A DNA stretch of 64,000 nucleotides from Octopus sinensis (GCF_006345805.1 NC_043001.1:101928001-101992000), one strand, 5' to 3'. Positions 12,406 to 26,620 are shown, numbered from the stretch's first letter. The notes: generated by a model from the sequence alone, not told the origin. Translations and numbers: made by a program.

Positions 12406-12930
12406 GTAACAGCTCTGAAGAAGATGCCCTTCCTAACACCAACCACTCAGCAGAGTGGACTTAGGGCTTTTTATGTGGCACAAGCGCAGGTGAGGTCAGT
12501 TTTGGCAAAAAAAAAAAAAATTTCAAGAGGGGAGGGGCATTGGAGGAGGTGATCTTGTGTTGGATAATGAAAGGTTATAGTGAGACATAGAGAAACAGGT
12601 GTCTTGCTGTAGAAGAAGTGCAAGGTTACCCAGCCGGAGAGAGAGAGAGATAGTGTGCTACCACAACAGAAATATATGGTTACCCAACCTGAGTGAAGTG
12701 CAGAGAAGGAGAGAAAGAGTGGGAGACAGCAGGAAAGAGATGGTGACAAAGTGTCTGGCATATTCACAAGGAACAGGGATCAGAATATAAATGAATAACC
12801 CTAGCCAGAATCGAACCCACAAATCATATATTATTATGATATATTATTATACAGTTATTGTTATACTATGTGTCTTCCATAACAGCTTTCTCTCTGTAAT
12901 TTACAAAGCCTTTCTGATTTGTTTACAAAT

Positions 12931-12970
<40 letters not shown>

Positions 12971-12998
12971 GTGTGTGTGTGAGTGTGTGTGTGTGTGT

Positions 12999-13036
<38 letters not shown>

Positions 13037-14001
13037 TGTTATTAATCCAAGCAAGTGGAGGAATAGAAGAAATGAAGTTGAAAATGTACAGAGAACATAT
13101 TAGAGTTAATTGGAATTTAATTCTATTTTGAAATATACTTTACCAGTCTCACATTCGGTTTTCAAAAGTGTATGGTTTATTGAGTTGTGTTGTGAATTAT
13201 GTCTATTCTGGCCATTGTTATAAAAATAGTTTGCTTTTAAAGCAGGAATGCGGTTCAGAACACTGTCCGTTAGCATAAAGATTGATTGGTCAATGTCTGT
13301 GTGTCACGCTCGCCAGTGTCATATGGTGGTTGTTATATTGGATGTGCTGCCACAACCAGTGCCACCAAATTTCAGACAGGGGTATAACAAAAGTTTTCCA
13401 TTAAGATTTCTGATTAAATTAATGAATAAGATTAATTATTTCTAATGAATTTACCACATTTTTGATGGGTGTTCAGGGCAGACATAGCACACCTAGAATA
13501 TATGCCCCTGACGTTCACGTGACAGTCATGTGTGAAGGTCACATAAAAGTTTATCTCCATTGAATATGTCTTGTGACAATTGGAAAAGAAAGATATAAAT
13601 AAGTGATATAATAATTGTTTACATAAAAGTGTTATAGATAATTATTTTTATTATTCTCCTGAAGAATAATGTTAACAGTTGGGGCCAGTTCCTTCCTGTG
13701 GCACATGTTAAAACATATCCTTTCTCGTTAACAAGGTTTGGGGGTAAGTAAGATGACGAGGTTTGGAGTAAATGAGATTGATGATAGCTGCTTTGTGAAT
13801 TTTGACTTTCTCAAGGATGAATCCAAGCAGACATTCTACAATAATAAATTCATAAGAAAAGGAGAATTGTGTATAACTGATGTTTTTTTTACAAAGCCTC
13901 TTCAGAAGTGGATTGTAATTTTAATAACTGAACTTTCCTTATTAATTCTTGTCTGGTCTGGAGTATTCTCTGCATGATGATAGTGTGACAAGACAAGAAA
14001 T

Positions 14002-14455
14002 TTGGGAGATATCAGACTCGCTACCAAATGCAGATTGGTGAATGCAATTGTCTTCCCAATAGCAACATATGGATGCGAGACCTGGACACTAAAGAAAGCT
14101 GACCAGAAGAGAATTAATGCATTCGAGCTTTGGTTTTGGAGCAGACTTTTACGGATTCCATGGACAGCAACGCTCACCAATGGAGAAGTTCTTAAGCAGA
14201 TCAGGCCGAAAATGTCGCTAGAAGCTAGGATCACCAAGCATAGATTGGCATATTTTGGTCATGTTATGCGGAGAAAATCCCTGGAGAAGGACATCATGCT
14301 TGGAATGGTCAGTGGCAAGAGAGGAAGAGGCTGACCAAGAACCCGCTGGCTTGACACCATCAAGAGTGATACCGGAATGGACATAGCCAATCTGAAAGAA
14401 GCAGCCCAGGAGAGAACTGACTAACCAAGAGTCGACTTCGACTGAGCAGATAGAA
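14002..14455 (+). mobile_element. RTE (BovB-like) LINE 3' fragment
   Basis: TKCRLVNAIVFPIATYGCETWTLKKADQKRINAFELW...RLAYFGHVMRRKSLEKDIMLGMVSGKRGRG*PRTRWLDTIK. Confidence 0.9.
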
Positions 14456-15139
14456 AGAAGAATTTCTTGTGCATGTGTCCAGATGTTCACGAAGGAGAAT
14501 TTTTCTAGTTTTTGGAATCATGTATTTGTCAATGATAAATATTTAATCTCTCTCTTAAAGTGACTTTAGTTTGTCCAATGTAGTCTTCCTTGCAACCATT
14601 GCATTTGATGGCATATATTATATTTTCTGCACAAGTAAAATGATTTTTCACAGCAAAGGGTCTCACAAGTTCCACTATTGGATTGGCCTGTAATTGACAG
14701 ATTTGCATTGGTAAGTAGTTGTCTTTAGGAACTTTGGTTACCTTTTGAATTTTATTATTTTGTATTATTCAACTACCTTTTCCAGTCTTTGGCTATGGCT
14801 TAATAATGGTGTTCTGTTGGATAAATCCTGAATATTTTTTAGACAGAGGTTTGGGTATATCTGAACTGGTTTGGGCCTTTCATAATTCTTCCATGTCTAT
14901 TGCTTTGGTTTCCCATTTTCAAGCAGAGTTGATGTCTACTTTCTTTCAAGCAGCACCTGTTTTAATTGTGGTAGATGTCAGTGTCATTCTTAATACTTAA
15001 AATGTCCAGGAAGGGTTGTTGGTTATGGCTAAATTCTATGGTCAACTGAATACCATTATTGATTCTGTTAAGTAAAATGACCAGATTGGGAGGCAGTCTT
15101 CTCAACCGATACACTACCCTGGGTACCGCTGGATGATGA

Positions 15140-15460
15140 GCACTGGTAAGGATGTTATTCCATGCTGTGACTTCAGGTCTTCCTCAATTTGTGTCACCCA
15201 TGTCTTCTTTGGCGCATAGCACCGGATTCTCCCCGGCATGGGTTGCTGCATCCATAAAGTTGGTGTGATAGTTTTCTGGTGCTCATCCTGCAGCCATGGC
15301 TGAACCACTGTAGCCTGTGCTGCTGGACTTGGTCTTCGGTGGTCGGTTGCTGCTGGCATTGTTCTAGTATGCTGTTGTTTGAGATTCAGTTGCCAAAGAC
15401 ACATCGAGGATCTGATGAAGACACTGCATTTGGAACATCACAAGCTTATCCAGGTCTCAA
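15140..15460 (-). mobile_element. Degenerate RTE LINE 3' fragment
   Basis: Across frameshifts: FQMQCLHQILDVS..ISNNSILEQCQQQPTTEDQVQQHRLQWFSHGCRM..PKKTWVTQIEEDLK. Confidence 0.7.
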
Positions 15461-15689
15461 TTGAGGATGGGACAGATCACAAAGGCAGATAGGCAGAACC
15501 AGTGTGTGCAAAAGATGGATCTTGATCCTTAGGGAGACGTTTGGTTTCTTCTAGATTCCTATCGAGTAGGGATTTGAAGTCATTGATTGGGTTCATCTCT
15601 CTCTCTTTCTCTGTATGTATGTATGTATATATATACACACACACACACAGATGAGATCAGATCAAAAAACACCAGTCCCGGTGCTATAA

Positions 15690-16000
15690 AAAGAAAACCA
15701 TACCAATTCAGCATTTAATCTCCTTTCAAGTATTCCTCTTCTGAAGCCACAAGCTTTATCCAGCATAGTTCCCAGAACTCTTTGCGGGGGGGGGGGCAGT
15801 AAGCACATTGCAGTCTCTTGGATTTCTTCAATGTCTTAAAATCTTATTGGTGGGGGTCTTCCACTGCAAAAGCTGAGCCTTGGTTTCAGGACCACAGCCA
15901 TAAACCCACAATGCACCCCCTGTTACAACCATTTCCAAAATGGTTTTGTCTTCCTCAACACAATCAAAAAGATTCTGCACAGTTGAAACCTAATCTTTTT
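15690..16000 (-). mobile_element. Internally deleted mariner transposase relic
   Basis: VQNLFDCVEEDKTILEMVVTGGALWVYGCGPETKAQLLQWKTP (cf. IVTGDESWVYGYDPETK), RF*DIEEIQ, and IKLVASEEEYLKGD* (cf. C-terminal GDYFEGD). Confidence 0.65.
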
Positions 16001-16388
16001 GTGACAACCACACTCTACACACTTCCCTTCCAGGCATTGCTGTAAACAACACAACTAAGCAGGAACATTATAACTTAGTGGACATGCACAACAGACTTTG
16101 AAGCCAGTCTCAGCCAAGTGGTTTCACTCTGTGCATCATAGCTTTGTTACAATAGCAACAATCCTGATATTTTTTGATCAGATTTCTTATACACACACTA
16201 CATAACTTACCTGCAAACATATACATGCAAAAAAATATATATATGTATATATGCTTTACATATATGCTTCAAATATATATGCATGCTTGTGTCATCTTTA
16301 TACACATGAATTTGTTATTCGTGTGTGTGTGTGTGAGTGTGAGTGTATATACATATATATAAACACAGGTTTTGTTTATACATACATA

Positions 16389-16426
<38 letters not shown>

Positions 16427-16814
16427 CATTCATTCGTATATATGTATATATATATACACACATACATACATTCGTATATATATATATATATATACACACA
16501 TACATACTTACATTCATATATATATACATCAATATAGACACACGTTACACCCATCTCCCCCTCTCTGCCGTATAATTTGATTCTTTTGTTATAGCTTATT
16601 TATCATTTTTAATTAAGAGTTTTGTGAATGAGAATGTTTACAGTTGTGCAAAGATACAAATGATGTGGAATTAGGGACAATTATCCAACATCAATTACAG
16701 TTTGCTTCCACACGCGATAACTTTGTATCACAGTCCACAACTCGAATAAGAATTGCATAGAAAATTAGTTGGATGCAGAGCGTAAAAAGATGTTCAGATC
16801 TCTCATATAGGCTT

Positions 16815-17725
16815 TCTGCTACTGCTGCTGCTGCTGCTGCTGCTGTTCTTGTTGTTGTTGATGTTATTGTTGTTATTGTTGTTGTAACTGTTGTTGATGT
16901 TGCTGCTGCTGTGATGCTTCTTCTCATCTTGTTCTTGTGCTCTTATTGTTTTTCAGTTGTGATGATGATGATGCTGGTAGTGGTGGTGGTCGTCGTCGTC
17001 GTAGTCATCGTCGTGGTGATAGTGGGGTGGTCGTCATCATCATCATCATCATCGTTGTCATCATGGTCGTCATCGTTGTGGCAATGGTCATGATCGTGGT
17101 GGTGGTGGTCGTCGTCGTGGTTGTGGTGGTAGTGGTGGTCAGTGGTGAGGAAAATGACAGTGATGATGACATTGGCAACAATGATGGTGGTGGTGGTGAT
17201 GGAGGTGGTGGGTAGGGTTATTGTTGTCGTTATCATCACCATCATCATCACCATCACCATCATCACTACCATCACCATCATCACCATCACCATTATCATC
17301 ATCATCACCATCAACATCATCATAATCATCATCATCATCATCAACATCATCATCATCATCATCATCATCATCAACATCACCATCATCATCATCATCACCA
17401 TCACCATCATCACTACCATCACCATCATCACTACCATCACCATCATCATCATCATCATCACCATCAACATCATCATAATCATCATCATTATCATCATCAA
17501 CATCATCATCATCATCACCATCATCATTATCACCAACATCACCATCATCGTCATCACCACCACCATCGTCATCATCATCACCACCATCATCACCCTCGTC
17601 ATCATCATCATCATTATCATCACCACTACCACCACCACCATCTTCATCATTATGCCTTTCTTGCTGCATCTATTGTTGAAGCTGCTGATGATGATGACAA
17701 CAATAACAACTACAACAACAACAAC
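16815..17725. repeat. Compound trinucleotide satellite (GCT/GTT/GGT/CAT/CAC)
   Basis: Directly visible; contains a duplicated higher-order block in 17225-17620. Confidence 0.95.
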
Positions 17726-18489
17726 GACAAGGAAGAGGCTGTGTTGCCATTGCAAGTGAGGTGTTGTTGTTGCCATTAATGAGGTTTCAGCATTTGTTGT
17801 TGTTGCTGTTGTTTTTGTTCATTCCCAGATCAATCTTCATCAAACAGACCTTTAATTAAAGTCGTTCCACCCATGACCATCATGCTATTTTCAAGTATAT
17901 CTAAGACTACATTCTCCAATGTGTCTGTCCTTTTTCAAGGAGGTGGTTCATTAATTGAGGCAAATTTTTACTGCTATGTCTAGTAATGCAAGCAACCACT
18001 TTCATTCGTTCATCATGCTGTTGTTGTTGTTGTCGCTGTTGTTGTTGCTGTAATTGAAACCCCAGGGCAGCTTTGATCCAGCAGACTCATGATCAAAAGC
18101 ATTTCTGATGTGTCCATCGCATTTAAAATTCAGGCAAAGTTTATCTAGGACTACATCATCCAATATGACACTGTTGTGCAGTTCGGGTTACCGTTTCCAC
18201 AACGTTCAACAGATTCCCACTTTGGTTCCTTCTTTTATTGCTTTTGTTTTTTACCATTGCGCTTTCCTTTGATATTACAACTGCTGCTGGTGCTGATGGT
18301 GCTGGTGCTGCTGCTGCTGCTACTGCTACTGCTGCTGCTTGTACAGTCATTAATGATGTCATTATTAAGGAAATGACTTTGGAAAACTATGTTTCCTCAA
18401 GAGATTCATTTTCTTACCAACTCAGTAAATTATAATTCATTCAGTTGGTAAGAAACTCAACCACCTGAGTGATTCTGTGTATGCACTTA

Positions 18490-19160
18490 TGCGTGTGTGT
18501 GGGGGTGGGTGTATGTATGTAGTATGCTTGTGTGGGTGTGTGTATGTATGCATGTATGTATATATATATGTATCTTTGTATGAATGTATGTATGTACATC
18601 TACGTATGTTTGTATGTATGTATGTGTGAGTGTATGTGTGCATGAATGTATGTATGTAAGTATATAAGTTTGTATGCATGAATGTATGTATGTGTGTGTG
18701 TATGCATGAATGTATGTATGTGTGTGTGTATGTATGAATGTATGTATATATGTATGCATGTATGTATCTTGTATGTTTGTATGCATGTATGTGTGCATGT
18801 GTGGGTGGGTGTGTACGAATGTATGTATATATGTATGTTTGCATGTATGTATCATTGTATGTATGTATATATGTATGTTGTATGTATGTATGTGTGCATG
18901 AATGTATGTATGTAATATATATGTCTATATTCATGTATGTATGTAAGATGTATGTCTGCTTGTGTTCGTGTGTGTATGTAATTATGTATGTAAACATGTG
19001 TGTATGTATGTGTGTGCTTATGTATGTATGTATGCATATGTGTGTGTATGTATGCATGTATATGTGTGTGTGTGTGTATATGTGTGTGTGCGTGTATACA
19101 TGTATTACATATATGCACACACACATATATATATAGAGAGAGAGAAAGAGAGAGAGAGAG
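18490..19160. repeat. (TATG)/(TG) microsatellite
   Basis: Directly visible. Confidence 0.95.
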
Positions 19161-19518
19161 ACACACACACAGACAAACAAAGTCAGAGAGACAGTCAGAT
19201 TGATCAATACATAATGTGTACACACAGTGGTCTGTTCTTGCCCTTGACTATGAAGCTTTGAATCTTGCCATCCACCAAGCAGCAGCCTCCTTTGAAGACA
19301 CCCACATGACCATCAAGGCAGACAAGAGAAAAAGAGGGAAAACGAGGACAAAACAACCAGCCCTGAACAGTCTACTTTTGCATGCAGCTGTGCCTGTATT
19401 ATCTACTCGTCCCAGATCAGATTGTTGGGCATCGGCAACCTTGCAGCAGATACAGACATCCCCCCACATCCCCCCAACCATAAGCCTTTGCTCATGAAAC
19501 CAACTAAGAAATAGAAAA

Positions 19519-19544
<26 letters not shown>

Positions 19545-19549
<5 letters not shown>

Positions 19550-19730
19550 TAATCCAAACAAGAAAACACAGAAAAAACACAGCAACGCGAGGATGTGGAA
19601 CAATTAAAGTATTATTTGACGCGCAGGAAAGAAGGGAAGGATGGCTTAACGTTTTGAGCGGAGCTCTTCGTCGGAAACAAGGAGAAGGAAAGCTCCCGAG
19701 AAGGGAAGACAGAGGAAAAAAATATTTTTG
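19545..19730 (-). mobile_element. Penelope-like pLTR fragment, family P2, with degenerate hammerhead core
   Basis: Homologous to 29946-30133. Minus strand reads CCGACGA-A-GAGC-TCC-GCTC-AAAAC-GTTA at 19647-19674. Starts directly after (TA)n. Confidence 0.5.
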
Positions 19731-20333
19731 CTGGTGGTGCTCAAGAGATCACATGTTGAAAGAACAGAAGTTGAGAGGTAGACGAATCATGATTTTTAAA
19801 AACAAGAGAGTTTCAAAGACAAGGAATGTGTGTGGGTGCGTGTGTGTGTGTGTGTGCAAGGATGACAAGTGTGTTTGTGCGTGCGTGCGTGTGTGTGTGT
19901 GTATGTATGGTGAATAATAGACATAGCAAGCTAGCTGTCATAAAGGAGTGCCACTTGTTTGTATCCAGCCAGGTCAAAACCAGGTCAAAAAACAAAGGGG
20001 TATATGTGTGTGCGTGTAATTATATGTATCATGTATGTGTGTTGTTTGTAGTGTGTGTGTGTGCATGTGTGTGTTCGTGTGTGTGTATGCGTAGAGTTTC
20101 GGTGTGTGGCAAGTAACTGTGCTTAACCTAGTGTATGTGTGCGTATATATATATATATATATATATAGGTAAACAGTAAAATTAAATACAGACATGGACA
20201 AGAACATGAAACACCACAGAGACGACACAAGAACCACAGGACGGGACATTCGAAGCCCTCAGTCATCAGTCAAGAACCAGATCATCTTAGCAATTTCGGC
20301 TGATTAATCTTGATATATATATATATATATATA

Positions 20334-20536
20334 CCGGAGTAAACACATAAATGTGAAACAAGGTGGAAAAAAAGAGTACTCAAATACCAGTGGTAGAGTA
20401 ATATGCTTTATTTAAAGTAGCAGAAAATCCTACAAACCTGAATTGACATATCGGTTCTATTCTAGCAAAAACTGTCCGATGAACAGCAACGAGTAACAGG
20501 TTTTGGTTGAATTTTCTGCTGCTTTAAATAAAGTAT
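20334..20536 (+). mobile_element. Penelope-like foldback element, family P1
   Basis: Inverted arms 20403-20440 and 20497-20536. Loop contains ACTGT-CCGATGA-ACAGCAAC-GAGTA-ACAGG. Extension 20334-20402 matches 6973-7045. Embedded in (TA)n. Confidence 0.6.
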
Positions 20537-21264
20537 ATATATCTATATATATATATATATATATATATGCTGCTTTAAATAAAGTATGTATATATATATA
20601 TATATATTATATATATATATATATATATTATATATATGGGGACAGAAAGAAGAAGAAAAGCAAAAATGCAGATGAATGTCAAAAATTGAGGCTTTTTATG
20701 AAAAGTAGAGATAAATAATTACTGTTAGATGAAGTGAACATTGATGATGATACCGTTTTGACTTTGAATCTCTTTAACAATCAAAATAATGAATTTAATT
20801 CCTCTTAATTCTACTTCAGTTCATTAATTGTATTTTCATAAAAATACCTTTATTTTTTATATTCAATGTGCATTTTTGCTTTTTTTTCTTCTACTTACCC
20901 AATATCTTTTCCACGTGTAGTTTCTATTTCCTTTTTGAAACATATTTCTATGATTATATATATATATATAATATAATAAAAAGAAGGAAAATGCACACAT
21001 AGTTTTAATACAGTTTTTAATATATTTTATATTGTGCTGTTGTCCAGTTTCGCATTCACTAATCATGATGCTGAAATTATTGTAATTTCGTATTTTCTTA
21101 AGATTTTAATCTATGTTGTAACACTAAGGGCATCAAAACATAACACCACACCTCATCTCAAAACACTACCATATATATCAACTCACAACCCTAGAAACAA
21201 TGAGGCATACAACTCTATTGTACAAAATCTACCTGTTCCTGGATTACAAATGCATATCTTTCAA

Positions 21265-22010
21265 AGTGGGAGGTAGTATTCAGGCTATTGGCCCATGATA
21301 ATCTGCTTTGATGATCGATGTTACTATCATCTTGGAGCTTTCTATTAACATATCCATGCATAGTCTTCTGCTCGTGTATGCTCATCCTTTCATCTGATGA
21401 TATATTGCGGTAGAGTCTTGCGACTTCTTTGGGCATGTATTCTAGGTTATCAGACAAAAAGTGTTGCTCAAGGAGCTGCATTCCAAGTCTTGTGATGTTA
21501 TCAGCCTCATGTATGCAAACTCGGTCAAGGGATGCACTTCAAGATTTGGCAGTTAAAAGATGTTGGTGAAAGGATATGATTTGACTTTCAAAGGCATCTT
21601 GGATCAATGTTAAGCGTCTGCCACCTTGTTTTCGTTTTAGGTGGAGGTGGTCTCTGTCACTGTTGATGTGGAAATTATGTGTGCTGGTTAGTATCTTCTG
21701 GGTTTTCACATCAATGGCTCAGATCTCATCAAGCGTCCAATCAAGCAGCCCAAATGTTGGTATGAGTATTGGCACTGCCAAAACACATTGTGGGCCACTG
21801 TTTTATTGAATGCTGAGAGTTCTAAGGTCCAAATTTTCTTTATCCAGCTGTAATATTCTTTAGTGACACATCTTTTCTTACAGGTGCCATTGTAAGATAT
21901 GTTTTCATCCACCCCAAAATACCTGTAACATTCCTCATCAGATCCAGGGGAAACGGTCGAGTCATTGATGGAGATGTTACTCGTCTGGTTTATAGTTCTC
22001 CCCCTTTTCA
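21265..22010 (-). mobile_element. R4/Dong-clade non-LTR retrotransposon fragment (RT thumb to pre-zinc-knuckle)
   Basis: DEECYRYFGVDENISYNG...KEYYSWIKKIWTLELSAFNKTVAHN and HGYVNRKLQ...TSHFERYAFVIQEQ, the typical R4/Dong AIQEQ region. Confidence 0.75.
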
Positions 22011-22900
22011 CAACTGTATAACAACATTTATCCTAACCAAACTCCAACCTACATCCTTTGAGAATGTTGTGTGTTCAGTTTATTTCAAGATTTCTTGCCA
22101 ATAGACAAAGAGCCAGTTTCTAACCTAGATCCAAGACTCCTTCATTGGAATTTCAACATCAACATCAGGGTAATTTTGTATATATGTATGAAAGAATGAA
22201 AATGTTACTATGAAAGGATGCTGAATGCAGAAAATGCATGGAAGCAAGAGAAACTATCCCAAATATACACAAGAGAAGAACCAGTTATTGTGGTGGGCAG
22301 TTACATGAACAAAGCATTCCATTAGGAATATGAAGCTAAGAGAGGCAGCTGGCTGTTTAGGGATAATTGGTTGGTGACCTCCTGAAAATATCTGTTGATG
22401 TATAGCTTAAGGTAGTGACCAACATGGACAACCAGGGAGAGTGGAGATAAAAAATTTGGTTAGTACATATATGTTTGGGGCATATTTAGCTGTCAATGTA
22501 CAAGAAAGTGAACAAAAGAGAGGATAGAGGCTGAGAAGGGACAAGAGGGTATGAGAGGGGAGGTGAAACAGATGGTTAAAGATGGGTGGGGGTAGAGGTA
22601 AATATAGGGAGAGGGTGGAAGTGAAGTTGAATGGAAATAGATGTATGGGGGTGGGTGGGGCAAGGTGAGAAATATAGAAATGATTCAGGAAGGAGAAATG
22701 ATTGAAAAATAGTGGTGGTGGGGGAGCATTGAGAGGTATTAAGAATGGAGTATAGTGGGAAGTGGGGAGAGTAGTGGCTGAAGACAATAGTGTGTGTGTA
22801 GGGATGATAATGAGAAATGCAAGTTTTGTTGGGGGTGGCAGAGAGGTAACCACCAGAAGCAAGGGGGATGTAATATGTGCGAATTGTGCTCTAAGGTGGC

Positions 22901-23120
22901 AAGCTGGCAGAAACATTAGCACACCGGGCAAAATGCTTAGCGGTATTTTGTCTGCTGTTACATTCTGAGTTGAAATTCCACCAAGGTCGACTTTGCCTTT
23001 CATCCTTTTGGGATCGATTAAATAAGTATCAGTTGCACACTGGCGTCGATCTAATCAACTTAATCCCTCTGTTTCTCAGCTCTATGTTTAGCCCCCTGTG
23101 GGCAGTAAAAAAATAAATTG
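22901..23120 (+). mobile_element. SINE family A
   Basis: Homologous to 3131-3350 and 36593-36834. Confidence 0.85.
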
Positions 23121-23429
23121 TGCTCTCAGTGTGATTTAAATTTTAGAATATTCATTAAAATGTAGATTGTATATATTTGGAAAAAGATGATGTGTTAGAA
23201 TATTATCAGCTTTCTCATTGCTTGGAAGGTAGTAAATCTACAATTGTAAGTTCGTAGCAAATGAAACTGTATTGAGATGTTTTCTTTGCTGTTTTAGAAG
23301 CTTTCTAATCTTTCAGACAATCTGGGTGGATATGTAAGCTGTTATATTTAACTCCCTGCTTTGTGCTGAAGCTCTTACTAAACTGAGTGAATTAGCACCA
23401 ATAGTGACCGTTTTCTTTGTTCTGACATA

Positions 23430-23590
23430 GCTGTGCGGTTAAGAAACTTTCTTCCAAACAATGCCATCTCAGGTTCAATCCCACAGCGTGGCACCTTGAG
23501 AAAGTGTCTTCTACTATAACTCCATGTTGACCAAAGTCTTATGAATGAATTTGGCAGACAAAAACTGAAAGAAGCCCGTTGTGTTTGTAT
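23430..23590 (+). mobile_element. SINE family B
   Basis: AGCTGTGCGGTTAAGAAAC...GGTTCAATCCCAC...GAAAGAAGCCCGT; homologous to 29737. Confidence 0.75.
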
Positions 23591-24289
23591 GTGTGTGTGT
23601 GTGTGCGTGTGTCTATATGTATCTTTATGTGCATGTCTTCATGCATACCCTTGCCTTGACAAAATAAGTTGGCTGTAAACAAGTATTTGTCCTCAGCCAA
23701 GCAAAGCTGTTTGTTTCCAGTCTTCCTTGAAAAACATGTCTGGTCATGGGGAAACAGGTGAGGGTTAGCGACAGAAAGAGCATCCACCTGTAGAAGTCCT
23801 GCCTTGACAAATTCCATCTGACCCATGCAAGTATAGAAAAGTGGATGTAAAACGCTGATGGTGTCTACTCATTTCCACCTTTAATAAATCGAGGGATGTT
23901 ATAATTTTCTTATGATCAGATCAGGAAGTAACGGCTGTGCCAATCATCTTCCTCTCCATCTCTGAGGATAATGTTTAACACTGTGCTTCTCAACCTTTTG
24001 AATGTCCAGACCAAAGCCAAAACTTGGATATTTTAGAGAGCTGCACCCAAAGAAGTAAAACACGAGTCAAAGAAAAATTATTATATTTATAAAGGGAAGA
24101 CTGTGAAGGGGCTGCTGAAAAGATGCTTAAGGGCTACTGGAAAGATGTGGTCCTCAGAGCCACAAGTGAGAGCCACTGGTTTAACATGAAAATCTGTAAA
24201 TAGATATCTTCAAGAAGAAACAATGATCAGAAGGAAATTCTAGCAGCCTAATGTTTGGAGAGAAAGAATTAAATTTATGAATAGTGGTG

Positions 24290-24450
24290 AGTGTGTGATA
24301 TGAGTGACTCAAGTGGAGACGAGTGAGTCAAGATGGAGTTGAGTAGGAGGTGATATGTCACTCACTGATTGTGAGGTGGAGAAGCCATGGAAGAGGAATG
24401 AAAAAGGTGGTGTGTGCAGACAGTGCATCTGTTGGCAAGAGTATGCAGTG
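24290..24450 (-). mobile_element. CR1-like LINE 3' remnant
   Basis: Reverse complement carries ACTCGTCTCCACTT...CTCAC (TRLS...H-type segment) resembling CR1 C-termini; heavily decayed. Confidence 0.35.
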
Positions 24451-26084
24451 CGGTTTTTGTTATGCTAAGAATATGAAATTGTCATCATTTGGAATTGGTC
24501 GAGAGTAATATTTCCTTTTCTTTCTGTCTTCTATAGATGCTTACAATATTTCATTAGGTGTCATTGATTTCGCTATGTCAAACAGCTGGAAGAATTTTGG
24601 GATCTACAGTGATTATTCAAGTCATAAGCAAAACTTCAGCAAATAAACCTTCAGCAGTAATTCTTGTTAAAATGCTAATGAAGTCTACTCATACAGTACA
24701 CTTCCTGAATAACAGCAACCTCGGGGATTTGAGGTGCCATTTTGGTGAATTTTCTATTGTCAAGTAAAATTTTAAATGCGTTTATTACATAAATAGCAGA
24801 GGACTATGATAAATAAGAAATAGTGATATGGTATAATGAATGCCACTTTATTAGCTGCTAAATGCACAGTAAGAAACAGTTGAAAAATTTTCTTAGATAG
24901 GAAAAAGTATTTTCAAAATGGTAAAAAAGAACAATATTAATGTTACACCACAAGAGCTACATAATGAAGACGTGTTTATTACCATTTTCAAAAATGCCAT
25001 TAGCTTCGGTTTTCTACTATTCTGGATGCTGCTATTTTAGAAACTTCCTGTATCAAGTCCCCTGGCATCAACTGTTGCAATTATAACGTGTGCATATAAG
25101 TGCAAATCCTGTTATGTATGAGTTAATCATTCCAAACCTACGTCTGCTAGAAGCATCCATAATGGTTTTGTTGAGAGTTCCTTCAATGTTTATCAGTGGG
25201 TGGTAAATGTGTATTTTTATGCTGAAGCCCACCTCTCTGCTGTATCAATCTGTTTATCACCACCCACCTGCAATCTGTTATTCTCAGACTTTGTAATTCT
25301 AGTTAAGCACAAATATTTCCAGAATCTGTTGCTTATCCCTGTGCCTCAGGTTCTCCTCCAGTCTGTTCTGTAAAACAGAAACGGTTTTGTCTACCAAGCG
25401 TGGGAAATCTGGTGTTTCCAAAAGCATTATTTATTTGGTTATTCTCAAATGTTTCTTAGGCATTTGTGGGCTAATCTTGGATTAGCAAACGTTTATCTCC
25501 CTCACTATGTCTGAAGCAGATATATATTGTGTTGTTCTTAATATTCTCACAGCAGAACAACCCAAAAACTATAGGAATACATGCCGCTTTGTACCATAGG
25601 TGAAAGGAAAGGTGTCACACAGTTCACATCTTTATAGAGCCATGGCTACCATGCAATAAAAGATGGCTCAATTGTTTTAAAACCTTTTGTCCAATAAACT
25701 TGGAAAACTTTACCTAAAACACATCTCGGGAAACAAACAAAAGCTTCAATCAAACTTTCATATGAACAGAGTAACCTTTGGTTGCCAACAGAGGTAAAAG
25801 CTCTCTAAATTTTATCCATCCTATTTTTACTCTAGCTATTACACTCTCCATCCATCCTGCTAATTTTATCCCCCAGGTAGCAGAAATTGCCCACTAGCTC
25901 TAATGAGCCTCCAGGGCATTTGAGAAAATCAATTTCCCCATGTATGGCTACTGTGCATCTTTCACATCTGAACGCTACTTTCTCCGACAACCTTCCTATT
26001 ATTCCATTGCAACTTTTGTCAGCCCATAGAGTACAAGAGGTACTTATAATTCAAAGGTCCAACTTATCACACTCAGTCGAGTCG

Positions 26085-26620
26085 CATGGCTTAGTGGTTA
26101 GGGTGTCAGCATCATGATCATAAGATTGTGGTTTCGATTCCTAGACCAGGTGACGTGTTGTGTTCTTGAGCAAAACACTTCATTTCATGTTGCTCCAGTC
26201 CACTCAGCTAGCAAAAATAAGTAATGCTGCAATCGACTTGGCATCCCGTCCAGCTGGGGAACACATACACCATTGAAACCAGGAAACTGGGCCCATGAGC
26301 CTGGCACATTTATTTATGTGGAGGCACATGGCCTAGTGATTAGAGCAGCAGACTCATGGTTGAGGGATTGCTGGTTCGAATCTCAGACCGGGCGATGTGT
26401 GTGTTTATGAGCGAAACACCTAAGCTCCGGCAGAAGGTAATGGCGAACTTCTGCTGACTCTTTCACCACAACTTTCTCTCACTCTTTCCTCCTGCATCGT
26501 GCAACTCACCTGTGACGGACCAGCTTCCCATCCAGGTGGGGAACCTATATGCCAAGGAAACCGGGAAACCGGCCCTTATGAACCAGGCATGGCTTGAGAA
26601 GGAACAAACATCATCTTATC
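26085..26620 (+). mobile_element. Two adjacent tRNA-derived SINEs (family D)
   Basis: Heads GGCTTAGTGGTTAGG...GGTTTCGATTCC (26087) and GGCCTAGTGATTAGAGC...GGTTCGAATCTC (26330). The second is homologous to 52306. Confidence 0.75.

Noticed and set aside
16943-17776. 277-aa and overlapping ORFs
   Set aside because: Trinucleotide satellite translation.
17780-18440. Gln/Ser/Ala-rich minus-strand stretches resembling an exon of a low-complexity protein
   Set aside because: Stops in every frame and no consistent splice sites.
20168-20312. CTGATGA on the minus strand (about 20261-20267) as a hammerhead
   Set aside because: No downstream GAAA or stem II/III in register.
22407-23003. 198-aa ORF
   Set aside because: Runs from a SINE into a purine-rich low-complexity tract; no domain.
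26085-26400. tRNA-like heads (also at 52306, 36170, 29737)
   Set aside because: Have A/B boxes but no complete cloverleaf and continue into SINE bodies; not tRNA genes.
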